Assembly (NCBI GenBank): GCA_963663865.1
Contig: OY760686.1
Location: 576,001 to 640,000, forward strand
Source of the DNA: Spirochaetota bacterium
Lineage (GTDB): Bacteria > Spirochaetota > UBA4802 > UBA5550
DNA length: 64,000 nucleotides
Direction of reading: 5' to 3'
The notes beneath the pieces were generated by a model. That model was not told the DNA's origin. It saw nothing but the letters and a program-made list of their open reading frames with translations, and searched no databases. Made by a program: the position numbers and the translations under genes. Positions 1 to 9,079 of this stretch are shown piece by piece (position 1 is the stretch's first letter; each line of letters opens with the position of its first letter).

Positions 1-473
1 ATTGACCGGAGTTCATCGACTGTCCAGCCGTAGAATTCCGCGGCTGCAGGATTGGCGTTGATTATTCTGCCGCTATCTGGATCGACGATCATCATGACAG
101 CCCTGCTGCTTTCGAAGAGGCTGCTGTTCACAGAATCAGTCAGGCTGTTTTTCTCGTCAGGGAGCTCCTGAAAGCTGAGAAAGTAAAATGCCTTTTGTCC
201 GTTATCTCCGTAAGAACAGATGTCAGCTTCTACCTTTCCACCCGGCATTGTTACAGCCACGTGCAGTATATTGCGTCCATTAAGAGAAAGGGCTTCCCTT
301 GAGATGCCATCGCGGCTGAACAGATTGAAGCCTATATCGGCTGCAGATGAGGCCCCGGTGAAGAGAAGCGCCGCGCTGTTGGCGCAGACAGCCTCACCGT
401 CAGAGTTGAACACAATGACGGGTAGGGACAGACAGTCAATGATAGGTTTGAAGACATCAGAGGACTCTTTCAT
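1..473 (-). CDS. PAS-domain signal transduction protein (N-terminal part; runs off window edge)
   Basis: Not in the ORF track. The minus strand from ATG at 473 reads MKESSDVFKPIIDCLSLPVIVFNSDGEAVCANSAA...VMMIVDPDSGRIINANPAAAEFYGWTVDEL, with PAS signatures and no stop before the edge. Confidence 0.8.
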   Translation of the reverse strand, partial: MKESSDVFKPIIDCLSLPVIVFNSDGEAVCANSAALLFTGASSAADIGFNLFSRDGISREALSLNGRNILHVAVTMPGGKVEADICSYGDNGQKAFYFLSFQELPDEKNSLTDSVNSSLFESSRAVMMIVDPDSGRIINANPAAAEFYGWTVDELRS

Positions 474-616
474 GGACACTGATTATAACATCGCTTTGTT
501 TCTGATTCAAGAAAAATTGCGGAAGCGCAGTTTAATAATTAGCGAATAAATAGAAACACGGGATATATGCCTATAGAAATGAAGCTGGTTTGGGTCCGGC
601 TTTGAGAAAGACCGTC

Positions 617-2017
617 TCAGTCTGCTGAAGACTCAACGGCTGTCTCAGTTTTAACCCCCTTGGCTATGCCGCTTTTCCACCTTCCCGAATAGTAGTAAAG
701 AAAGCTGACAGTCACCATGATAACAGAACTTAGAGCAATGGCCGTCCAGATGCCGTCAATGCCAAGCCCGGTCTGCGAGAGCCAGTAGGCAACAGGTACC
801 CTTACAAACCAGAGCGATACGAGCGAAAAGATCATGGTCATAAGGGTCTTCCCGGCTCCGATAATAACACCGTTTGAGATGAACATAAAGGCGAAGAATA
901 TGTATGAGGCCCCCACAATGTGAAGATAGGATTTGCCGATATCCATTGCATCCGAATCGATACCCATGCCGAACGAGAGCAGCACGTTTTCAGAAAAAAG
1001 CATAATCAGTACTGAAACACTCAGCGTGATGGCTGCTGTCATGATGAGCCCCCACTTGAAGACCTTTCCCACCCTTTCATACTTTTCGGCCCCTATATTC
1101 TGGCCGGTGATTGCCGATACCGCCATGCTGATTGACATGGCGGGCATTATCGCGAAAGAGTCAACCCTTGCCGCGGCGCCGAACGCGTTCAGCGCCTGAT
1201 TGCCGAAGCTGTTCACAAGGCCTGTAATGAAGATCATTCCAAGGGATATCAGCGACTGCTGAATCATTGTCGGAAAGCCGATTTTCAATATGCTCAGCGC
1301 GGTTTCAGGCTTAAACTTCAGCATTGAGGGCGAGAAAGCCAGGGCGTGCCCTTTTTTGTTGAGGTACACTATGCTGAAAAGAAACGCAAAAAGCTGCGCA
1401 GCCGAGGTTGCGAGTGCGGCGCCATTGAGTTCCATTTTAGGGAAGGGGCCGAATCCACCGATGAGAAGAGGATCAAGTATCGCGTTAATTACAACACCAG
1501 ATGAAAGGAATATTAGCGGAGTAATGGTGTCTCCTATACCTCTGAGAATCGCGGCTATCAGGGCGCCCAGGAACATAAACGGGAGCCCGAGAAATATTAT
1601 TCTCAGGTATCCGGTTGCCATAACGATATTCTCCGGGGGCGTGTTCATGGCCTCAAGAATATTCCCGCAGGCCAGGTACGATACGACGGAAAGTACAACT
1701 GAAACAATCAGCGTTATGGTGAAGGCGTTTCCTACAGTGCAAGAAACCATCTCTTCTCTGCCGGCGCCGTAGTGTTGAGAGACCAGTACGGTTGCAGCGG
1801 TCGTAAGGCCTATTGATATGCCTATGATGAGAAAGATAACTGGAAAGCTTACGCCTACGGCTCCGACGGCATTCTCTCCGACGAGATGGCCAACCCATAC
1901 CGTATCCACGATGTTGTGAAAGACCTGTATGAGGCTGCTGATAAGCATGGGAATTGAAAAGTAGAGAAGATGTCTGGGGATGCTGCCCTTCGAAAAATCT
2001 GTGCCGTATTGATTCAT
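617..2017 (-). CDS. MATE family efflux transporter
   Basis: About 12 hydrophobic segments; MATE motifs 'IVDTVWVGHLVGENAVGAVG', 'LRGIGDT..PL' and 'GQNIGA'. ATG at 2017 (MNQYGTDF) preferred over the track start 2065. Confidence 0.92.
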   Translation of the reverse strand: MNQYGTDFSKGSIPRHLLYFSIPMLISSLIQVFHNIVDTVWVGHLVGENAVGAVGVSFPVIFLIIGISIGLTTAATVLVSQHYGAGREEMVSCTVGNAFTITLIVSVVLSVVSYLACGNILEAMNTPPENIVMATGYLRIIFLGLPFMFLGALIAAILRGIGDTITPLIFLSSGVVINAILDPLLIGGFGPFPKMELNGAALATSAAQLFAFLFSIVYLNKKGHALAFSPSMLKFKPETALSILKIGFPTMIQQSLISLGMIFITGLVNSFGNQALNAFGAAARVDSFAIMPAMSISMAVSAITGQNIGAEKYERVGKVFKWGLIMTAAITLSVSVLIMLFSENVLLSFGMGIDSDAMDIGKSYLHIVGASYIFFAFMFISNGVIIGAGKTLMTMIFSLVSLWFVRVPVAYWLSQTGLGIDGIWTAIALSSVIMVTVSFLYYYSGRWKSGIAKGVKTETAVESSAD

Positions 2018-2250
2018 AATAAGCTCCTGAAAGGTCAACGCTATTTCAGGGGCCTGATCTGACAATCGAAATATTATAAAAGTGAAACGATGAGCGGTCT
2101 GCCGGCCTGAAATTGCACTTGGTTCGAGATAGAAAAGAATGTGAATACTGCTTGCTTTATGTACGTGATGTGTTAGACTCAGCGGCTATATCTTCAAATA
2201 TAGCATTTCCCCAACGCAGGAAACACGGAGAGGATAACATTGACGCAGAT

Positions 2251-5200
2251 ATGAGTCAGGAAAAGCTTATTAACTCGACAGAGCTTGAAATAGCAGTCGC
2301 ATGCGGCAGTGACGGCGGGCTTGTTGTCAGCTCCATGAGCCGTGCCATGCGGAAGCTGTGCGGCGGAAAGGCAGCGGAACTTCCAGTTGAGGAGCTGCTT
2401 GCCAACGTGATTGAGGAAGAAAGCCTCCTCGCTCTGGCAGCTGCTCTGCGCGAGTCGCATCGTGATTCGAAGCCAGTTAAAGTCAGGTTGAAAGGGCGGA
2501 AGCGTGGCGGCTTCGATTGTGTCATTATTCCCCCCCCAAATGAAAGGGATGGTAAATGCCGCTGTGCACTTTTCGAGTGCCGGGATTGTGATGAGTCAAA
2601 GCGGGTCGACAGACGCCGGTTCAACCTCCTGAAAGCTGTGATTGATATTCTTCCGGGAACTGTTTTCGCGAAAGATATTGAAGGACGAAAGATACTTTCC
2701 AACAGCCTCGATGCAAAGATAATGGGGCTCAATTCTCCGGAAGAGGCTGTGGGAAAAACAGACTTTGAGGTTTTCCCGAAGGAACAGGCGCAAGAGTTTG
2801 CGCGTGAAGATAAAATCGTACTCTCCGGGGGCTCCGTGAAAGGCAGTCCAAAGACCTTTACGGATAAGGACGGCTCGGTCATATATTTTCTTACATCAAA
2901 AGTTCCTCTAAGGGACGAAAATGGTGATATAATTGGGCTTGTCGGCGCCAGCTATGACGTCACTGATTTGACGCTTGCACAGAAGGAGCTTGCCGAGAGT
3001 AAGAAGCAGCTTGAAAAGTCAAATCATAAGATGCAGCAGCTGATTGAGGAGCTTCAGGCCACGAACGAAGAGTACGAGGCCATGAACGAGGAGCTCATCG
3101 CCTCTAACGAGGAGTACGAGTCGATTAACGATGAGCTTATTGACAGCCAGAAGGAGCTGATAAGCAGGGAAAAGGCGGTTGCTGAAAGCGAGGAAAAGTA
3201 CAGGCGGCTGCTGTCGTCGCTTACGGAATATATCTACAGAATAAACATCAATGGAAACAAAGTCTCTATAGAGCATGGACCGGGCAGTTATGCCATAACG
3301 GGGTACACGAGCGATGAGCTCTCTGAGAGGCCTGATTCCTGGCATGATTTCATACATCCTGAGGACAGGGCTAAAATCGCACTCTTCACGTCAAATATTC
3401 TCAATAAGGGAGATATTCCGTCCGCCGAGTTCCGTATTATTACAAAGAAGGGTGAGGATAAGTGGGTCAGAAGCACAGTAGTGCCGGTAAGGGACTCAAA
3501 GGGCGATGTGACATCATACGACGGACTGATTCAGGACATTACCGCCGAGAAGCTGGCCAAACTTCAGCTTGAGAAGGCCTACAGGGAAACAAAGATCCGC
3601 TACGAGGTCAGCCGTTCACTCGCGACCGCGGAGACGGAGCAGGATGTTCTAAACGCTTTGATCGCCCACGCGGGGATTTATCACGAGGCCTTCGTTGCAA
3701 TTCTTTTAAGGGACACTGATGTTCCCGGATACACGTTTTACACGGGAGTCTATAACTCTTTCAATAGCGGTATTGAACCAATTGCTCTGGACGGCGTCCC
3801 TTTTAATGAAAAGCTTATTCATGTGCTGCAGGATCTGCCTCCGGATGAAGAATCGATTGTGGATGATGCTGAAAACGATGAAAGGCTTTCGGCAAACGGG
3901 AAGAGCTTTGCTGCCCGTGTCGGATGGAGGAGCAGGCTGTCTCTGCCGCTGAAGGGCAGGGATGGTTTTATCGGATACCTCGCGGCACAATCGCCGGTTA
4001 AAGGCCTGTTTTCTGATGAGAGAGCAGATCTTTACCGCACCCTTGTCGAACTTGGTGTCGGAGCTATTAAGTCGGCCAGGCTCAGGGCCGCGATAAGGGA
4101 ATCTGAGCACAGGCTCAGTCTGCTGATAGAACAGTCGCCCCATGCGGTGATTGAATCGGACCTTCAGGGTAATGTGCTCTCGTGGAACCCGGCAGCGGAG
4201 CGCATCTTCGGGTATTCCAAAGAGGAAGTCTTAGCCCTGGAATCTCCAACGGTGCTTATCAGAGAGGCCGATATTGAGTCAGAGAGGCTGGTTTGGGATA
4301 GGCTTCTGACAGAAAAAAGCACTATCAGGCGTGAGCTCATCAATATAAAAAAGGACGGCTCGGAGATTATATGTGAGTGGATAGGCTTCCCGCTTATTGA
4401 CGATAGCGGCAATATTATACGGATAACTTCGCTTGTTCAGGACATAACCGACAAGAAGAGAGCGGAAGAAAGAATTGCCAGGAACCTCATGGAGACAGAG
4501 ATTAGGCTCAATGTAAGCCAGTCGCTTGCTGTGGCGGAGACGGAAGAGGAAATTCTCAATGTTATAATATCGCACTCAAGGCTTTATCCCGAGGCCTTTG
4601 TGGGAATAATGATACTGGACAACGATGAGGGGCGTACCTCTTTCACTGTGAGGCGCATTGACCCTGCTGACAGTGGTATTCCGCCATTCGCGAAGATAGG
4701 CGATACCCTCAGCGAGGAAACCTTCCCTGTGCTCAAGGTCTTTAATCCCCGCGATGAAGTTGTCATAAACGATATTTATACCGATCACCGTGTAAGCCCG
4801 GATTTGCGTTCCAGGTTCGAAAATATCGGCCTTATGAGCCGGCTGAGCCTCCCGCTCGGCAAAGGCCCCGAGTTTGTAGGTTACATGGCAGCGCAGTGCC
4901 GGCAGGCAAACTTCTTTGATGAGTCGAGAACACACCTGTTCCGCACGCTTGCCGAGCTGGGCTCGTCGGCCCTCAGAGCGGCAAAATTAAGGGAGGGGAT
5001 TCGCGCCTCGGAGGAGCGGCTTTCGATGTTTGTGGAGCAGTCGCCCTTTGGTGTGATTGAGTGGGACAGGGAAGCCAGGGTCATGTCCTGGAACCCCGCC
5101 GCAGAGAGGATATTCGGCTACACCTCGCGGGAGATTATGGGCAAAACGGCCTCTGAGACAATTGTTCAGGACAGGATGCTTTTCGGCAGGGACATGGAGT

Positions 5201-6531
5201 GGGAGGGGCTTCTTGAATCAAAGAGCAGCAACACTGTAACAAGGCCTAACAGGCGCAAGGATGGTACGGAGATTTTCTGCGAGTGGAACTCGTTTTCGCT
5301 TGTAGGAAGAAACGGTGAAGTGGTGGGAGTGGCTTCTATTGTGCAGGACATCTCTGATAGAATCAAGTCGGAAGAGGAGAAGAAGCAGCTCGAACTTCAG
5401 CTTGCCCAGGCACAGAAGATAGAGTCTATCGGAAGGCTCGCCGGCGGCGTGGCCCACGACTTCAACAATATGCTGACCGTCATACTGGGGCATACCGAGC
5501 TTCTAAAGCTGGGGCTTTCGAGGGACAGCGGGCTTATTGAAGGGGTTTCTGAAATTGAGAAAGCCGCGATACATTCGAGGGACATCACCAGACAGCTGTT
5601 AGCCTTTTCGAGAAGGCAGATTATTTCTCCCCAGGAGATAGACCTGAACCGCCGCGTCAGGAACATCAGGACAACGCTTGCCAGGCTCATAGGAGAAAAC
5701 ATTGAGCTGAAATTCAGGGCGGGAAGGGGCCTCTGGACTGTGGAGTTCGACCCGACACAGATTGATCAGATCGTCGTAAATCTAGCAGTAAACTCCCGCG
5801 ACGCAATGCCGAACGGGGGGCTCCTGATAATAGAGACACGCAATGTGACCGTCGATGACCATCAGATATCAGAATTCTTTGAGGTCATCCCCGGAGACTA
5901 TGTCATGCTGAGCGTAACTGATAACGGCACGGGTATGGATGAAGATGTAAAGAAAAACATATTTGAGCCGTTTTTTACCACCAAGGAGCAGGGAAAGGGC
6001 ACTGGGCTTGGAATGGCCACGGTTTACGGTATGGTGAGGCAGAATGGCGGATTTGTGAATGTTTACAGCGAGGGCGGGAAGGGTACATCGGTAAAGGTCT
6101 ATATCCCCAGGTTTGACTCGCCCGGAACGCGGGCGGCGGACAATCCCGAGGTCGAAACCGTTAAGGGGACGGGGGATGTGCTTCTTGTTGAAGACGACCC
6201 GCTGGTCAGACGGATGGCTGAGTCGATGCTCAAGAGCCTGGGGTACACCGTAGCCGCTGCGCAATCTCCTGAAGAGGCATTATTGCTTCTTGGCAACCCT
6301 GAGACGAAGGTTGACCTGCTCATAACTGACGTCGTTATGCCGGGGATGAGCGGTTCCGAGTTGAGCGAGAGGGCCGCAAAGCAGAGGCCAGGGCTCAGCG
6401 TCCTGTTCATGTCCGGATACACCTCGGATGTAGTAGTTCTGCAGGGGGTACTTGAGGATAAGATGAACTTTATTCAGAAGCCCTTCAGTATGGCTGAACT
6501 CGCACAGAAGGTGAAGCAGGCGATGAAATGA
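2251..6531 (+). CDS. Multi-PAS/GAF hybrid sensor histidine kinase/response regulator
   Basis: Several PAS domains ([12 protein letters not shown]), H-box '[13 protein letters not shown]', HATPase '[15 protein letters not shown]' and receiver 'LLVEDD...DVVMPGMSG...KPF'. Start uncertain (track 2113). Confidence 0.93.
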   Translation: MSQEKLINSTELEIAVACGSDGGLVVSSMSRAMRKLCGGKAAELPVEELLANVIEEESLLALAAALRESHRDSKPVKVRLKGRKRGGFDCVIIPPPNERDGKCRCALFECRDCDESKRVDRRRFNLLKAVIDILPGTVFAKDIEGRKILSNSLDAKIMGLNSPEEAVGKTDFEVFPKEQAQEFAREDKIVLSGGSVKGSPKTFTDKDGSVIYFLTSKVPLRDENGDIIGLVGASYDVTDLTLAQKELAESKKQLEKSNHKMQQLIEELQATNEEYEAMNEELIASNEEYESINDELIDSQKELISREKAVAESEEKYRRLLSSLTEYIYRININGNKVSIEHGPGSYAITGYTSDELSERPDSWHDFIHPEDRAKIALFTSNILNKGDIPSAEFRIITKKGEDKWVRSTVVPVRDSKGDVTSYDGLIQDITAEKLAKLQLEKAYRETKIRYEVSRSLATAETEQDVLNALIAHAGIYHEAFVAILLRDTDVPGYTFYTGVYNSFNSGIEPIALDGVPFNEKLIHVLQDLPPDEESIVDDAENDERLSANGKSFAARVGWRSRLSLPLKGRDGFIGYLAAQSPVKGLFSDERADLYRTLVELGVGAIKSARLRAAIRESEHRLSLLIEQSPHAVIESDLQGNVLSWNPAAERIFGYSKEEVLALESPTVLIREADIESERLVWDRLLTEKSTIRRELINIKKDGSEIICEWIGFPLIDDSGNIIRITSLVQDITDKKRAEERIARNLMETEIRLNVSQSLAVAETEEEILNVIISHSRLYPEAFVGIMILDNDEGRTSFTVRRIDPADSGIPPFAKIGDTLSEETFPVLKVFNPRDEVVINDIYTDHRVSPDLRSRFENIGLMSRLSLPLGKGPEFVGYMAAQCRQANFFDESRTHLFRTLAELGSSALRAAKLREGIRASEERLSMFVEQSPFGVIEWDREARVMSWNPAAERIFGYTSREIMGKTASETIVQDRMLFGRDMEWEGLLESKSSNTVTRPNRRKDGTEIFCEWNSFSLVGRNGEVVGVASIVQDISDRIKSEEEKKQLELQLAQAQKIESIGRLAGGVAHDFNNMLTVILGHTELLKLGLSRDSGLIEGVSEIEKAAIHSRDITRQLLAFSRRQIISPQEIDLNRRVRNIRTTLARLIGENIELKFRAGRGLWTVEFDPTQIDQIVVNLAVNSRDAMPNGGLLIIETRNVTVDDHQISEFFEVIPGDYVMLSVTDNGTGMDEDVKKNIFEPFFTTKEQGKGTGLGMATVYGMVRQNGGFVNVYSEGGKGTSVKVYIPRFDSPGTRAADNPEVETVKGTGDVLLVEDDPLVRRMAESMLKSLGYTVAAAQSPEEALLLLGNPETKVDLLITDVVMPGMSGSELSERAAKQRPGLSVLFMSGYTSDVVVLQGVLEDKMNFIQKPFSMAELAQKVKQAMK

Positions 6532-6554
6532 AAGTGTCTTCGGCTCTTTTCAAT

Positions 6555-7166
6555 TTAAGGTTCTATACCAATGATAACTAGCGGAACGGCAGGAACCCCC
6601 CTCCCCTGTCTTACAACATTGTAAAGCTCCCCCTCACAGTAAGATACACCGGAGCTCATTTGTGACTGAAGTGATTTCATGGGTAGTATCTCTATGCCAA
6701 CATCAATTTTATCGCCCACATAAAAAGCGAGATGTTTTACGAAGAGGTCGTAAGCTACAAAAGAATATTTGCCAAATTGAACTTCAATTGCAACTCTATC
6801 TTTAACAAAATCTGTCTGATTGTAACTGAATATTGGAGATTCTCCAGTTTCTTCGATTTCTTTTTTTTGATGTTCTGGTTCCATTGTCATTGTTTTTCGG
6901 ATTAATTTTTCATTCTTTGTGACCCAATAACTAACCCTGCTTTCATTCCAGTTTAGATGTGACAATTTATTTTTAAATTCATTATTCATGTCGATGGGGC
7001 TGTAAAGCAATTTACCTTTCATTGTTTTTTCTTTCGACACTTTTGTTTTGCATATTTCTGCATCAATAGAGGTTATTACTTTTTGGATTTCCTCCCATTG
7101 CTCAGGTTTGTGAACTAATAAAAATTCTAATCCGTTTAAATGAGAATACTTTTCAATTATTTTCAT
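6555..7166 (-). CDS. Type II restriction endonuclease, BglII/BstYI family
   Basis: 'NQTDFVKDRVAIEVQFGKYSFVAYDL' is the D..EVQ catalytic motif of BglII/BstYI. AT-rich and directly downstream of an MTase. Confidence 0.88.
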   Translation of the reverse strand: MKIIEKYSHLNGLEFLLVHKPEQWEEIQKVITSIDAEICKTKVSKEKTMKGKLLYSPIDMNNEFKNKLSHLNWNESRVSYWVTKNEKLIRKTMTMEPEHQKKEIEETGESPIFSYNQTDFVKDRVAIEVQFGKYSFVAYDLFVKHLAFYVGDKIDVGIEILPMKSLQSQMSSGVSYCEGELYNVVRQGRGVPAVPLVIIGIEP

Positions 7167-7167
7167 A

Positions 7168-8097
7168 TTAATTCCCGCTTGTAGCCTTTTTCAAATCAAA
7201 TAATTTCAGCTGATGCATGTTGGAATTATCACTCTCAATTTTAAATCCCATATTTTTATTGTTTGGATCATATACAGGCTTGTTCATCGGTCTTGTTCTC
7301 AATTGGCCTTCAGATAACAATTTTAATCTCTCTTTTGCAATTTTTATGTAATCCTCTACGATTTCAGACCCTGCCCCTTTTCTGTTATTCTTAACTGCTG
7401 CAATAATTGAAGAACCTACACCAAGAAAAGGATCAAAAATCCAGTCGCCTTCATTCGTCATTGATAATACAAGTCGCTCTATGAGCTCAACAGGGAATTG
7501 ACATGGATGTATTGTTTTTTCAACATGATTATTTTTAACGTTTGGAATTGCCCACAGATCACCCGGATTTTTCCCAAGCGGATTGCACGAGTTTTCCCCA
7601 ATTCTGGGGCCTTTAAAGTGTTTTTTATTTGGATATTTTTGAGGGATGCGAACGGGATCCAAATTAAAAGTATAATTATCCTCTTTTGTATACCAGTTGA
7701 TAGTTTCATATCTGCCGGAAAAACGGTTTTTACAGTGCAGCCCATGTTCGAAATGCCATACTATTCTATTTCTTAACTTCATACCAAGACTATTAAAAAT
7801 TGGATAAAGAAGGATATCAAGGGGTACAATTTGTCCATTATTTACAAAATTTCCTACTTGCCAGCAAATGCTGCCATCTGTTTTCAGGATTCGATGACAT
7901 TCTTTAATGACCTCCTCCTGCTGTTTCATGTAGGTATCTAAGTCTATTTTTTTTTCATATTCTTTTCCTATGTTGTAAGGGGGAGATGTAATGACAAGTT
8001 TAATAGATTGGTCAGGAATAGTATTGAGAAAATCAATACATGAACCTTCATAGATAATGGCCTCTTTATCTGAGTTAAATATATTTGATATTTCCAT
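7168..8097 (-). CDS. Site-specific DNA amino-methyltransferase (beta class, probably N4-cytosine)
   Basis: Motif IV 'TSPPY' precedes 'HPCQFP' and motif I 'DPFLGVGS'. Likely start ATG 8097 (MEISNIF). Confidence 0.92.
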   Translation of the reverse strand: MEISNIFNSDKEAIIYEGSCIDFLNTIPDQSIKLVITSPPYNIGKEYEKKIDLDTYMKQQEEVIKECHRILKTDGSICWQVGNFVNNGQIVPLDILLYPIFNSLGMKLRNRIVWHFEHGLHCKNRFSGRYETINWYTKEDNYTFNLDPVRIPQKYPNKKHFKGPRIGENSCNPLGKNPGDLWAIPNVKNNHVEKTIHPCQFPVELIERLVLSMTNEGDWIFDPFLGVGSSIIAAVKNNRKGAGSEIVEDYIKIAKERLKLLSEGQLRTRPMNKPVYDPNNKNMGFKIESDNSNMHQLKLFDLKKATSGN

Positions 8098-8253
8098 GGG
8101 TTGATCTCTGAATATGATAATATAAGCTGTATAGATATAAATTTGTTTAGTGTTAGTCAAGGAAATTTTATGCCCCAACGAGTTAATCAATAATACGGTC
8201 TGTGTACGAGAGCGAGGATTTTCTTACGGCAGAAGGAACGGTGTTGGAGATTG

Positions 8254-8690
8254 AAAAAGGTGAAACCCGCTTGGCATCTCTCTTTTTCACGAAAATCTGC
8301 TGATTAGTAATCCGGAGAAAAAAAAGGACATCAGTATTACTGAACAACTTAACAGCTGTATTTAGAACAGCGGGTCTGTCCGCCGATTGTCTTACAGCGT
8401 CGGTATCGGCCATATTTTTTTCGGCCGAGCTGATACTGGCATGGACATATTACTTTGTTTTGAGCAGGATAGTGCTTCGCTGCATGAGAAAGGTCACAAG
8501 GAAGACCAATTCCTCGTGAGATGATATCTTCTTTAATCAAACTGCATTCCGAGGGCTTTTCCACATTTACCCGGCGGTGATAATATACTTCGGCGCGCTT
8601 TTTATGCTTCTATCCTATGAAGCGGCTGTATCTGTGATTCAGAGTACGGCTTACCTCTATATGTGCGCGACCGGAATCCTGATGTTTTGA
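8254..8690 (+). pseudogene. Decayed duplicate of the mscS promoter and 5' coding region (copy of ~42233–42670)
   Basis: Colinear with 42233–42670, e.g. GTGAAACCCGCTTG, AGCAGGATAGTGCTTC, TGCATGAGAAAGGTCACAA, GCTGTATCTGTGATTCAG. The ATG is lost, TGG became TGA at 8517–8519, and there are indels. Confidence 0.9.
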
Positions 8691-8944
8691 CAACCCTGCA
8701 GACTTTTATAAAGATTCGTATCCATATATCTGTCATGGATATCGTGCTTGATTATTGCGATTATGAGCACTTTATTCCCGACGGTGGCGATCACTACATT
8801 GTGAATTTTCCTTTTATAGAGAACGACTACTATTACAACATTCTCTTCAGCTTTGGAAGCAAATGCGAGTGTCTGGAACCGCTTCATATCCGCAGAGAAA
8901 TGCAGCGAAGAATTCATGAGATCACTGCGATATATGAGGATTGA
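8691..8944 (+). pseudogene. C-terminal (WCX-like) fragment of a YafY/WYL-type regulator
   Basis: 'IKIRIH...YIVNFPFIENDYYYNILFSFGSKCECLEPLHIRREMQRRIHEITAIYE' resembles the YafY C-terminus. No HTH or WYL part upstream; it abuts the mscS remnant. Confidence 0.65.
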
Positions 8945-9079
8945 GAAAAACTGATAGGGGGGGCAGTGATCAGGGGACTGAATTTGAAATGCCCTTTCTT
9001 CCACCACTGCAAATTTTACTTGAAATATACTCTATAAGTAAATAGTCTTATCGGATAATAACACTCTGGATATAATTCT

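Noticed and set aside
220-549. Plus-strand 109-aa ORF and the many other short antisense ORFs overlapping called genes
   Set aside because: These are shadows of longer motif-bearing ORFs on the opposite strand, with no motifs of their own.
8663-8944. 93-aa ORF as a complete gene
   Set aside because: Its start lies within the mscS remnant and only the tail of a WYL-type regulator is present, so it is treated as a fragment.
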